In this document: piece after piece, positions 1 to 9,158 of the stretch
Layout: each line of letters starts with the position of its first letter
Position numbering within the stretch: position 1 is the first letter of the stretch
Source: Bacteroidales bacterium
GTDB taxonomy: Bacteria > Bacteroidota > Bacteroidia > Bacteroidales > NBLH01
Direction: 5' to 3'
Length of the DNA: 64,000 nucleotides
NCBI GenBank assembly: GCA_050296515.1
Contig: JBNKRJ010000019.1
Coordinates: forward strand, 45,654-109,653
Made by a program: the position numbers and the translations under genes
Notes under the pieces: generated by a model
Seen by the model: the letters and a program-made list of their open reading frames with translations, nothing else
Told to the model about the DNA's origin: nothing
Databases searched by the model: none

Positions 1-1727
1 TTTCCTCCTGTATAAATACCGTTTATAAAGTCCTGATGCTGATGGGAGTTAGAGAGTTTTTCTTTTAAAATTTCACTAAACCCAAGAATGGCATTCATAG
101 GGGTTCTGATTTCATGACTCATATTAGCCAAAAATTCACTTTTGGCCTGATTGGCAGCTTCGGCCTGTTCTTTTGCTACTTTAAGTTCTTCGGTCCTCTC
201 TTTTACCAACTCTTCAAGATGCAAACGGTGTTTTTCGAGCTCAATCTCTGCCTCTTTTCTTTTAGTGATGTCAAGCATCATTCCACTTGTTCGTAAAGTG
301 CTTTTTTGGGAAGAAATAACATGGACAAAATCACGAAACCAGACAATTTCTCCATTTTTAGAAACAAATCTATATTCAAAAACATGATCGTTTCCCTGCT
401 CTGTTGCAATCCTACAATATTCAAGAGTCTGTTTTTTATCATACTTATGAATTTGCTTTGCCCAAAAATCCTTAACAAGCCACTCGTCAACCGTAAAGCC
501 TGTTATCGACTCAACATTTCCATTTACATGAACAAAAGCTTTATCGCTCCAATCATACTCCCAAACAATTGCACCTGAGGCATCAACAATTTTTCGATAC
601 CTGGCCTCACTTTCTAAAAGCTGCGCTTCAACAATTTCCTTTTTTTCTATTTCGGCTTCCAGCTGATCGTTGGTTTTAATTAAATCATAAGTTCTTTCCT
701 TTACAATATCCTCAAGATGTTCACGGTAACTTAATAATTCCTGCTCATGCTTCTTTCGCTCCGATATATCTTCAATTATCCAAATAACACCTTTTAATAA
801 ATTATCAGCATTAATTGCGTTTGCTACAAGATGACACCAAATGAACTCCCCCTGTTTCTTCTTCATTTCAAATTCGACCGAAAGCGTATTCCCTCCCGCA
901 AGAACAGGTTGAGCCTTTTTTCTCAGATTTTTAAATTCTTCTTTAGTTTTGAATAATACATCTGGTTTTTTATCAGATAGTTCTGAGATATTATACCCAA
1001 AAACGTCCTTCACTTTTTCATTTATCCAAACTATTTTTTCTCCTCTTGTAAAAGCAACAACGGAACCTAAATTGCTCAGCATAATTTCTTGTTCAATTGT
1101 CAATTGTTCAAGTTCCTTTTCGCGTAATTCGAGTGCGCCCTTTGCTTCTGCAATTTTTTTATTGCTTTTATTAAGTTGCTCATTAACAGCCCTTAGCTCC
1201 TCATTCGTTGCCTTAATTTCCTCATTTTGAGTCAAAATTTCCTGATATTGCTCCTGTATTTTGATTTTATTTTGCTCTCTTTCAGTAATATCTCTCCAAA
1301 ATGCATAAATCAAATTATCTCCATTAATTTCGGTTAGAATAAGTGTAACTTCTACTAAAAAATTATCGCGGTTTTTACTTTTATGTACCCATTTGAACCG
1401 ATGATAGCCTTCCAGTTCAACAATATCCATCATTTTTTCAGCCTTCTCAACTGATTTAAGTCCATCTGGCTGATATTCAGGGGACAACTCTGCAGGATGA
1501 AGGTTCAGGAATTCCTCCTTGTTTTTCAGTCTAAGCATGTCCAGAGCAGTTTGATTACAATCAACGAATACTCGGTTTCTCATTAAGGTAAGTCCTTCTC
1601 TTCCTTTATCAAAGAGACAACCATACTTTTTTTCACTTTCTATAAGTTGATTATTAAGTTCCTGAACCTTCTGTTCAAGTTCTTTAATCTTTTGCACCAG
1701 CTCAGAATTGGTAGGATTTTTACTCAT
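1..1727 (-). CDS. Multi-PAS sensor histidine kinase, N-terminal ~575 codons; the 3' end runs off the left edge of the window
   Basis: Absent from the ORF track because no stop codon lies inside the window. My minus-strand translation from the ATG at 1727-1725 reads [27 protein letters not shown]... It contains three PAS-like blocks separated by coiled-coil linkers (..[17 protein letters not shown].., ..[19 protein letters not shown].., ..[17 protein letters not shown]..). It reaches the window edge in a HisKA H-box: [35 protein letters not shown]. Confidence 0.85.
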   Translation of the reverse strand, partial: MSKNPTNSELVQKIKELEQKVQELNNQLIESEKKYGCLFDKGREGLTLMRNRVFVDCNQTALDMLRLKNKEEFLNLHPAELSPEYQPDGLKSVEKAEKMMDIVELEGYHRFKWVHKSKNRDNFLVEVTLILTEINGDNLIYAFWRDITEREQNKIKIQEQYQEILTQNEEIKATNEELRAVNEQLNKSNKKIAEAKGALELREKELEQLTIEQEIMLSNLGSVVAFTRGEKIVWINEKVKDVFGYNISELSDKKPDVLFKTKEEFKNLRKKAQPVLAGGNTLSVEFEMKKKQGEFIWCHLVANAINADNLLKGVIWIIEDISERKKHEQELLSYREHLEDIVKERTYDLIKTNDQLEAEIEKKEIVEAQLLESEARYRKIVDASGAIVWEYDWSDKAFVHVNGNVESITGFTVDEWLVKDFWAKQIHKYDKKQTLEYCRIATEQGNDHVFEYRFVSKNGEIVWFRDFVHVISSQKSTLRTSGMMLDITKRKEAEIELEKHRLHLEELVKERTEELKVAKEQAEAANQAKSEFLANMSHEIRTPMNAILGFSEILKEKLSNSHQHQDFINGIYTGG

Positions 1728-1819
1728 TTCCCTTTCTTGAGAAGTTCTTCTTCTAATATAAGGAAAATTATCGTTGAGGTGTTAAACTTTGGAGTAATTT
1801 ATTCTTAAATAAAATAGAA

Positions 1820-1852
1820 TTTAGCACTAATATTCAACGATTTAGTGCTAAA
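1820..1852 (-). terminator. Hairpin terminator downstream of the DUF3109-like gene
   Basis: tttagcactaa (1820-1830) pairs with ttagtgctaaa (1842-1852), an 11-bp stem. On the minus strand it is followed by ttctattttattt. Confidence 0.6.
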
Positions 1853-1875
1853 TATTCGTTTTCCCGGCAAACTAT

Positions 1876-2460
1876 TTAATCTTCAAATTCTTTTCGTTTC
1901 TCTAGTTCTTTTGCAATTACTTTTAGATCTTCATACCAGGCTTTCCCATATTTTCGAATTAGGGGCTCTTTAAGAAATTTGTATACAGGTGTATTATTTT
2001 CTTCTCCAAATTTTACGGCAGGTTTGCATATGTGCCAGGTATCATAATTAACACCCTGATGTTTTCTTAATTTTGATATTCTGACAGGATAAAGATGACA
2101 GGAAATCGGTTTTTTAAATTGAGTAATACCTTCTTCGTATGCTTTTTCAAATGCACATTTTGCTATATCATCTTCGAAAATCGCATAGGCACACTCTCTC
2201 TCATTTACAAGTGGTGTAACTTTTTCGCTATCATAATCAATAACATAGCGCCCTTGTTCTTCAATTGCCGTAATTCCCTCTTTTCGCAGAAATGGAACTA
2301 TCTTATCATAAATTCTGTCAATGATCGTCAATTCATCTTCTTCCAAAGGGGCACCAGAATCACCATCTACACAACATTGTCCTTTACAGGCTTCAATATT
2401 GCAAATAAACTTTTTCTCCACCACGTCCCTGCTTACCAGGGTATCACCTATCTCTATCAT
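1876..2460 (-). CDS. DUF3109-like Cys-rich protein
   Basis: 194 aa. The N-terminal CNIEACKGQCCVDG cysteine cluster and later CAY/CAFE/CHLYP/CKP cysteines match my memory of the Bacteroidota DUF3109 family. Confidence 0.65.
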   Translation of the reverse strand: MIEIGDTLVSRDVVEKKFICNIEACKGQCCVDGDSGAPLEEDELTIIDRIYDKIVPFLRKEGITAIEEQGRYVIDYDSEKVTPLVNERECAYAIFEDDIAKCAFEKAYEEGITQFKKPISCHLYPVRISKLRKHQGVNYDTWHICKPAVKFGEENNTPVYKFLKEPLIRKYGKAWYEDLKVIAKELEKRKEFED

Positions 2461-2468
2461 TGTATTCA

Positions 2469-2538
2469 GTTAAAAGTAAAAAGTTGAAAGTTAAAAGTAA
2501 AAAGTTGAAAGTAAAAAGTGGAAAGTATAAAGTATAAA
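2469..2538. repeat. Ten consecutive degenerate heptads, GTnnAAA (also readable as two 21-bp units plus decay)
   Basis: Read directly: gttaaaa gtaaaaa gttgaaa gttaaaa gtaaaaa gttgaaa gtaaaaa gtggaaa gtataaa gtataaa, in perfect 7-nt register from 2469 to 2538. It lies between the gpmI stop (2573) and the DUF3109 start (2460). Confidence 0.9.
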
Positions 2539-2572
2539 GACTTTTAACTTACCACTTTATAACTATGTACTA

Positions 2573-4093
2573 TTATATTAATACTTTTCCAGTCATTTCA
2601 GCAGGAATTTCAACTCCCATTGCTTTTAGAATAGTAGGGGCAACATCTGCTAAAATTCCTGATTCTATTTTATTAAATCTATCACTTACTAAAATTGCAG
2701 GAACCGGGTTTAGTGAGTGAGCTGTATTTGGACTTCCATCCTGATTAACAGCATTATCAGCATTCCCATGATCGGCTATTATTAAGGCCTCATAACCATT
2801 TTCTTTAGCAGTATCAACCACTTTTCCAACACACTCATCAACGGTTTTTACAGCCTTTGAAATTGCTTCATAAATTCCTGTGTGCCCTACCATATCTCCA
2901 TTGGCAAAGTTCAGAACAATTAAATCATGAGTTCTGTTATTTAATTCTGCAAGTAGTTTTTCAGTTACCTCAGGGGCACTCATTTCAGGCTGTAAATCAT
3001 AGGTTGCCACTTTGGGCGAAGGAACAAGTATACGGCTTTCTCCTTCAAACTCATCATCCTGTCCTCCTGATAAAAAGAAAGTTACGTGTGCAAATTTCTC
3101 TGTTTCAGCTATTCGCAATTGTTTTAAACCCAATTTTGAAACAACTTCACCAATCGTATTTTTAACGTTTTCTTTATCATAAATTACATTAACCCCTTTA
3201 AAACTTTCATCATAACGAGTCATTGTAAGATAGTAAAGATTTTTTGCAGACATATCATGCTCGGGCATATCTTGCTGGGTCAAAACAGTGGTTACTTCAC
3301 GAAGCCTGTCTGTACGGTAATTGAAACAAATCACCACATCATCATCCTGAATAGTAGCAACAGGGTTTCCATTAGCATCCACCTTAACAGCTGCTTTAAT
3401 AAACTCATCTGTTACATCATCAGCATACGATTCTTCAACTGCTTTTACAATATCAGTAACTGGCTTTCCTTTTCCATGAACCATTAAATCATAACCTTCT
3501 TTTACTCTTTCCCAGCGCTTATCCCTGTCCATTGAGTAATAGCGGCCTATCAAACTAACTATTTCTCCATTAGATCGTTGCAAATGGTTTTCAAGGTTTT
3601 TCATGTAGCCTAAACCGCTTCTTGGATCAGTATCCCTTCCATCAGTAATAGCATGAATGTAAACTTTGCTTAAATCATATTCCTTGGTAATATCACACAA
3701 TTTATAAAGATGTGAATCAAGCGAATGCACACCGCCATCTGAAATTAATCCTATAAAGTGAATAGCTTTGTTATTTTCTTTTGCGTAAGTTAAAGCATTC
3801 ACTAATGTTTGATTTTTGGCAATGCTATTGTCCTCAATCGCTTTATTGATCTTGACCAAATCCTGGTAAACTACCCTGCCTGCGCCAATGTTCATATGAC
3901 CAACTTCAGAGTTTCCCATTTGTCCTTTTGGTAAACCAACATCTTCGCCTGAAGTCAGGATTTGAGAATTAGGATATTTTTGTTTCAGACTTTCAATGTA
4001 AGGAGCTCCTACTGTGGAAATTACATCTGATTTTGAACCATCCCCTATTCCCCATCCGTCTAATATGATGAGAATAAACTTTTGATTTTCCAT
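2573..4093 (-). CDS. gpmI: 2,3-bisphosphoglycerate-independent phosphoglycerate mutase
   Basis: 506 aa. N-terminus is ILDGWG. It also has [20 protein letters not shown] and ADHGNAD motifs, and the size is typical of iPGM. Confidence 0.95.
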   Translation of the reverse strand: MENQKFILIILDGWGIGDGSKSDVISTVGAPYIESLKQKYPNSQILTSGEDVGLPKGQMGNSEVGHMNIGAGRVVYQDLVKINKAIEDNSIAKNQTLVNALTYAKENNKAIHFIGLISDGGVHSLDSHLYKLCDITKEYDLSKVYIHAITDGRDTDPRSGLGYMKNLENHLQRSNGEIVSLIGRYYSMDRDKRWERVKEGYDLMVHGKGKPVTDIVKAVEESYADDVTDEFIKAAVKVDANGNPVATIQDDDVVICFNYRTDRLREVTTVLTQQDMPEHDMSAKNLYYLTMTRYDESFKGVNVIYDKENVKNTIGEVVSKLGLKQLRIAETEKFAHVTFFLSGGQDDEFEGESRILVPSPKVATYDLQPEMSAPEVTEKLLAELNNRTHDLIVLNFANGDMVGHTGIYEAISKAVKTVDECVGKVVDTAKENGYEALIIADHGNADNAVNQDGSPNTAHSLNPVPAILVSDRFNKIESGILADVAPTILKAMGVEIPAEMTGKVLI

Positions 4094-4295
4094 GTTCTAA
4101 TTTTTATATAATCAACTTAAATTTGCATTGTCAAATTAATATAGATTTTACCTTTGGTAAAACCTTATGCGGGCTCACAATCGGCAAAAGTAGTAATTAT
4201 TTCTATGCAGGACTGTTAAAACTTTTTAAAGCTTTTAAATTAATGAAAGCTTAACTTATTCGAGAAGTTGAAAAATAAGCAAAGAAGAATATACC

Positions 4296-5285
4296 TTATT
4301 TCATCTCAATCAATACAGGATCTAATTCAATGATATCATCGTCGTTATAAATAAAACTATCAACCACAAAGCTTTCGATTTTTTCCTTTTGTTCAACATC
4401 AAAGCCAACAACAGTAAGATAAACAGTTCCCATGTCGCTTGCTACTACTCTATTATTATCAATTACGTTATCCCCCTGTAATGTGAAACTGTAACTTGCG
4501 CTATTTGAGGTATTGTAGCTAGCTCTTATAGTTACAACCTGAACAGCATCGGGTGCAAAATACCGGCTTGGAATGTTCATACTAAATCTGAAAACTGCCG
4601 TTTTTTCTTCCAGACTTTTCGATTTTCGGGTTATATTCAATTTTAATGATTTCCATTTTTCCGCCATTAACCTTAAATCCTTGCTTTTTATGGAGTCGGT
4701 TTCGGGATCACTTTCCATTTTACTGCTTTTCATGCAGGCATACTTCGATTTCTCAGCAGCTTCATAATCAATGAAAGGACCTACTGCTAACTTTTCAAAG
4801 TTAAGTCCTTCAAGCAACATGGCCATATATTCTTCTTCAGTTCCTGTTGTTACTCTGGCAGGAATACGCTGTAAAGCTCCGCCTTCAGGCAAAGAAAGAG
4901 GTTTTATAAAGAAAAAAGAATAAACAGTTTTATCTGCTTCTTCATCAGAAGAACTACTTGGTCCACTACTCCCTTTTGCAGCATATTTATATAATATTTG
5001 AGACTGCTCTGCCTGGTTCCTTTCTGTAAATGGACCAATAGCTATTTTATCTGATTTTATTGCCCGCTCATGTGCCTCGGCAAATTCTTTAACTGTTCCA
5101 GATCTTATATCGCTGCTAATGGTTTTTATTGAAAGACTACTAATTCCTGTCGACTTATTGTGAGAACTGCTTGTTTTTACGTAAAACCAATAATATGTCT
5201 TTGAATCCTGAAATACCTTGTTATTCAATATCTTGGCTTCAATAGAACCTGCCAAAAAGATAAGGGCAATGATTATTTTATACAT
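4296..5285 (-). CDS. Secreted hypothetical protein with two SPOR-like internal repeats and a C-terminal beta-rich domain
   Basis: 329 aa. Signal peptide MYKIIIALIFLAGSIEA. Two repeated modules: YYWFYVKT...KIAIGPFTERNQAEQSQILYKY and VYSFFFIKP...KLAVGPFIDYEAAEKSKYACMK. Confidence 0.6.
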   Translation of the reverse strand: MYKIIIALIFLAGSIEAKILNNKVFQDSKTYYWFYVKTSSSHNKSTGISSLSIKTISSDIRSGTVKEFAEAHERAIKSDKIAIGPFTERNQAEQSQILYKYAAKGSSGPSSSSDEEADKTVYSFFFIKPLSLPEGGALQRIPARVTTGTEEEYMAMLLEGLNFEKLAVGPFIDYEAAEKSKYACMKSSKMESDPETDSIKSKDLRLMAEKWKSLKLNITRKSKSLEEKTAVFRFSMNIPSRYFAPDAVQVVTIRASYNTSNSASYSFTLQGDNVIDNNRVVASDMGTVYLTVVGFDVEQKEKIESFVVDSFIYNDDDIIELDPVLIEMK

Positions 5286-5454
5286 AACTACAAAATTTCA
5301 GTGTGTTACTGATTCGCTCAATTAGTTCTCTCAATAATTACTACTCAATTATTTAGGGTATGTCAAAAGTACCTGAAAAATAAATTAAAGCAAAATTTCA
5401 TCAGTAATAAGACCAAGCATTACTGACAAAATGTTGCACTTTCCTATAAAACAT

Positions 5455-5482
5455 AAGGTAGACCGCAGTTGCTGTCTACCTT
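5455..5482 (-). terminator. Hairpin downstream of the S8 peptidase gene
   Basis: aaggtagac (5455-5463) pairs with gtctacctt (5474-5482), 9 bp. A second 8-bp hairpin, tcagtaat/attactga, lies at 5401-5426. Confidence 0.5.
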
Positions 5483-5507
5483 AATTTATTCTGTTTTTAA
5501 ATAACTG

Positions 5508-7025
5508 TTACAGAACTGCTAACAATGCATTAATGGAACCATATCCAAAATTAGAGCTTTTGTTAGGATATAAGCTTGCAGACTGTTTCATTTTGCTTAA
5601 TACCTGGCTACGCGACCATGTTGGATGCCGTGCCCAAATTAATGCTGCAATCCCTGCTGTTGTTGATGTTGATACGGATGAACCTCCAACATAGTCTTTT
5701 TGTCCGGCATAATATCCCAAACAAACAGAGGTGCGATCAGAATTACCGGCTCTTTGCATAATCACTGTGAAGTCAATTTTACTGCCTTTATGGCAAACAG
5801 CGCATTCATGATAGCCACTGGCATCGGTAATTCCTGTAACCGCTACTGTTTCACTCATACTTGCCGGGAAAATTACGCCCACAAAATTGGTCCATTCTGT
5901 TGAAGTTCCCCCTGCGGCTATTATCATTTTCCCTTTTCCATAGGCATATTTTACTGCGTCTTCAATTCTTCCAATTGAAAATATATGACCTATTGACATG
6001 GAAATTATTTTAATATCCGATCGGTTTCCAAGCTCCGTTAGGGCCCTGGCTACGCCTTTTTGCTCATGGTAACCATCTAAAACTACATTTTTAGTAGCTC
6101 TGTAACTAACTAAATTGCAATTATATGCAACACCTACTGGCAACATATCATCATTTCTAGGACTTGCAATGGTAGAGGCCATGCTTGTTCCATGTCCACA
6201 CTTATCATGATAACCATCGGTCTTGGTTGACCAGGGCCATACAGAATCAACATATACACCATATTTTCTGATTGTCCTGCCTGATGAATAACCATCATTG
6301 AATCCCGAGCCTAAAAGTGTCTGATAATTAGATACACCCGTATCAATTAAACCAACACCTATCCCAGCACCTGTACTGTAAGACCATGCTGCAGGAATAT
6401 TATGCTTGTCAAATACCCAGGAAACCAAGCAGTTGGGGGCCATCACCCTGTAATCACCTGTATTCACATTGTCGGCTGTAGTTGTACAACCACTTGAACT
6501 TTTAAATTTAGTTTCATAATCAAAATAACGATATCCTCCCGGTTCTATATAGCGAATGTCAGGATAATTCTTTTTTAATTGTCTAATTGTTTCAAAGTTT
6601 GCAACTTTTACATCCATAAAATTCAGGATAGGATCGTCATAAACCAAAATATCTTCACCCGTTGATTTAAGTCTTGGATTCTTTTCTTTCTCAAGACTAA
6701 CTATCAGATCAAAAATCTCCTTTTTTTGTTTTAAAGCTTTATTACTCTTAAAATCAGAATAAGCACTCTCTCCGTAACCAATGGTAACAATATTTTCACC
6801 ATTCATTGCGGCACTCCAAAGTACAAAATCGTCAACATCAAGCCAGTTGAAGCCTCCGTTTTCATCAATAAGGTTATCAATAATTTGGTTAATTTGCTCA
6901 CCAGTAAGCGGTTCTTGATTTGCCTCATTCTGTGCTTGCTTAGTAACAGGTTCTTCTTTTACACAACCTACCATTAAAATGACCAATAGGAAGGTCATCC
7001 ATTTTAGCTTTTTCATTTTTATCAA
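5508..7025 (-). CDS. S8 (subtilisin-like) serine peptidase, lipoprotein
   Basis: 505 aa. Lipobox LVILMVGC. Asp block GVGLIDTGVS, His block HGTSMASTIA, Ser block GGSSVSTSTTAGIAALIW. Confidence 0.85.
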   Translation of the reverse strand: MIKMKKLKWMTFLLVILMVGCVKEEPVTKQAQNEANQEPLTGEQINQIIDNLIDENGGFNWLDVDDFVLWSAAMNGENIVTIGYGESAYSDFKSNKALKQKKEIFDLIVSLEKEKNPRLKSTGEDILVYDDPILNFMDVKVANFETIRQLKKNYPDIRYIEPGGYRYFDYETKFKSSSGCTTTADNVNTGDYRVMAPNCLVSWVFDKHNIPAAWSYSTGAGIGVGLIDTGVSNYQTLLGSGFNDGYSSGRTIRKYGVYVDSVWPWSTKTDGYHDKCGHGTSMASTIASPRNDDMLPVGVAYNCNLVSYRATKNVVLDGYHEQKGVARALTELGNRSDIKIISMSIGHIFSIGRIEDAVKYAYGKGKMIIAAGGTSTEWTNFVGVIFPASMSETVAVTGITDASGYHECAVCHKGSKIDFTVIMQRAGNSDRTSVCLGYYAGQKDYVGGSSVSTSTTAGIAALIWARHPTWSRSQVLSKMKQSASLYPNKSSNFGYGSINALLAVL

Positions 7026-7247
7026 ATTTGGTTAGAAATATTAGTTCACAAAAAATACTAAAAAAAATTAAATACCGTATTTAACATCTACTATGTTATT
7101 TTGATTTTTTTTGATGCGAATGTCTGAAAACAAGATTCTGACTAACAAAACATTAGGTAGTCATTGGTTTTTTATTTAAAAAAAATAATTTTCCCAGACA
7201 GCAAATCGACTAATTTTAGCATTTATATAGGTGAAAAACTTTAATCA

Positions 7248-7778
7248 ATGATAAAACCCATAAAGGTTAAAAAGAAAAAAGATAGAGAACGGGAAATCTA
7301 TGATGCTTTTGCAGAAAATATGATGTTGCTCTGTACCAGGTATCTTTGTAATATAATGGATACAGAAGAAGCTATGCACAATGGGATTATAAAAATTTTT
7401 TCAAACCTCAGAAAATTTAAGCCGGAGCATGAAAATAGTTTTGGAGCCTGGATGAAAAAAATTATGATCAACGAGTGCCTGATGTTCTTAAGAAAAAGGG
7501 TGAATTTTAAACTGATTTCGTTAGATGAAATAAATGAAATCAAAGACAGCTATTTTGAAAACCACAATGCGGCAAATATCGAAAGTTATCTGGCTCGTAT
7601 TAATCAGTTACCAATAGGCTATAAAACTGTATTTAATCTTTATGCAATTAAGGGATATTCTCATGAGGAAATCAGCATCATGCTCAAAATTACCGAAAGT
7701 ACATCGCGTTCGCAATTGACAAAAGCAAGAAAACTATTACAGCAGAAATTAGTGAGAAGGAAGGACTTATATACCTGA
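7248..7778 (+). CDS. ECF-type RNA polymerase sigma-70 family factor
   Basis: 176 aa. Region 2-like block (FSNLRKFKPEHENSFGAWMKKIMINECLMFLRK) and region 4 helix-turn-helix (YAIKGYSHEEISIMLKITESTSRSQLTKARKLL). Confidence 0.9.
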   Translation: MIKPIKVKKKKDREREIYDAFAENMMLLCTRYLCNIMDTEEAMHNGIIKIFSNLRKFKPEHENSFGAWMKKIMINECLMFLRKRVNFKLISLDEINEIKDSYFENHNAANIESYLARINQLPIGYKTVFNLYAIKGYSHEEISIMLKITESTSRSQLTKARKLLQQKLVRRKDLYT

Positions 7779-7887
7779 CAATAAGACAGATACTGTTTTT
7801 AAAAATCAAATTAAACAACTCAAAAGAGATGAACTGCCTGCTGACTGGAATAAAAAAGACTCATGGGAAAGATTAGAGAATAAAAGA

Positions 7888-8175
7888 GTGAGAAAAAAAC
7901 AAGAGCTCTTTTACTGTGCTGCTGCCATTCTGGTTTTGGGATTTTTGTTGGGCAGTTTATTTCATAATATCCCTATAAAAAATAAGGACAATCCCTATTC
8001 TGAAAATGCTTTTGTAGAATATCAAAACAGACAAAAGCTTAAAGAAATAGAAGAGCGCATGTTGGGCAACTATTACAGCGTTAAAATTTGCCTTGCATGC
8101 GATGATATTTATTACGAAGTAATAAAACAAGACAGGCCTGATAAATTTACATATTTTGAAAACCTTTTAAATTAG
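7888..8175 (+). CDS. Putative single-pass anti-sigma factor; start uncertain (frame open from 7756)
   Basis: Lies directly after the ECF sigma gene. One TM helix (LFYCAAAILVLGFLLGSLF). The first canonical start is the GTG at 7888. The in-frame upstream 44 codons read like an anti-sigma N-terminus (see findings). Confidence 0.5.
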   Translation: MRKKQELFYCAAAILVLGFLLGSLFHNIPIKNKDNPYSENAFVEYQNRQKLKEIEERMLGNYYSVKICLACDDIYYEVIKQDRPDKFTYFENLLN

Positions 8176-8179
8176 AATT

Positions 8180-9064
8180 ATGAACAAGAAATTAATTGCA
8201 TTAATACTGCTTCCTGCTTTCTTTGCAGCCACAAGCTGTAAAGAAACGAATGAGCAAAAAAACCTGTTGCTTGCTGATGAAATCAATGCTACATGTGTTA
8301 CTGAATTGGTAAATGAAAACAACCCTGATTGGATTAAAGGCTTTGACGGGCCTAAGTTTTTCAAAACTGTATTTGATATTGCAATGGCTGGAAAAGTTAG
8401 AGTTAGAGGAGGTATGCAAATTGAAGATACAACATCAACAAGTAACTTTGTTTATACTGGAGAAGATTTAATGAAAACAATGGAGAACCATGTTGATACT
8501 TTTGATCTTAACTTAATTAAAGAAATTCGGTTTTTAGAAAAATGGAGTTTAGACAGTAAAACTTTTAAATTTACAAAAGAAGTAAATGCCTGGACTCCCG
8601 TAAAAATTTGGGAAAATGATGGAAAAACCATGAAACAAATGGTCTTTTTCGTTTACCCTGAAAAAAAAGAAAAAGGGAAACTTATTGCTAAGAATATTAT
8701 TTATGAGCATCCTTGGTACCAGGAATACCCAAACCTATACACAGGCTTTGATCAGATAAAGTTTCTACAAAGAATTATTGATGGAGTTAAATCTGGAACA
8801 TTTAAAGTTTATGATCCAATATATTTAGTGGATAAATCAAAAAGGGCATTTGATCTGGAGCAACTTAAAGAACATTTACAAGTTGACTTGAACCCTTTAT
8901 CTCTGAACGACCAGATTTATTCTATTGTATTTGAAGAGGATTGGTACTTTAACGAAGAAACCTTTGAAATTACCAAAGATGTAAAGTCAATTGCCCTCGT
9001 AAAAGCAGATTATTCAACAGAAGAGCTTAAAAAAAGTTTCATGTTCTTTATCATCCCGGAATAA
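8180..9064 (+). CDS. Hypothetical lipoprotein, third gene of the ECF sigma operon
   Basis: 294 aa. Lipobox LLPAFFAATSC. Starts 5 nt after the previous stop. No domain recognised. Confidence 0.7.
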   Translation: MNKKLIALILLPAFFAATSCKETNEQKNLLLADEINATCVTELVNENNPDWIKGFDGPKFFKTVFDIAMAGKVRVRGGMQIEDTTSTSNFVYTGEDLMKTMENHVDTFDLNLIKEIRFLEKWSLDSKTFKFTKEVNAWTPVKIWENDGKTMKQMVFFVYPEKKEKGKLIAKNIIYEHPWYQEYPNLYTGFDQIKFLQRIIDGVKSGTFKVYDPIYLVDKSKRAFDLEQLKEHLQVDLNPLSLNDQIYSIVFEEDWYFNEETFEITKDVKSIALVKADYSTEELKKSFMFFIIPE

Positions 9065-9080
9065 AATTTATACAAAAAAA

Positions 9081-9114
9081 ACGCAAGGATTAAAATAACT
9101 ATAAATCCTTGCGT
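9081..9114. terminator. Bidirectional hairpin terminator between convergent genes
   Basis: acgcaaggatt (9081-9091) pairs with aatccttgcgt (9104-9114), 11 bp. It is flanked by an A8 run upstream (a T-run on the minus strand) and tctttg downstream. Confidence 0.8.
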
Positions 9115-9158
9115 TCTTTGTAATCTCTAAGCTCTTAACATTTATATCGTCTTATTTT

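Noticed and set aside
4160-4180. Plus-strand TACCTTTG promoter box inside the palindrome ttttacc-ttt-ggtaaaa in the gpmI upstream region
   Set aside because: No plus-strand gene follows it; the next gene is on the minus strand. It is more likely a small hairpin or operator, or a chance match.
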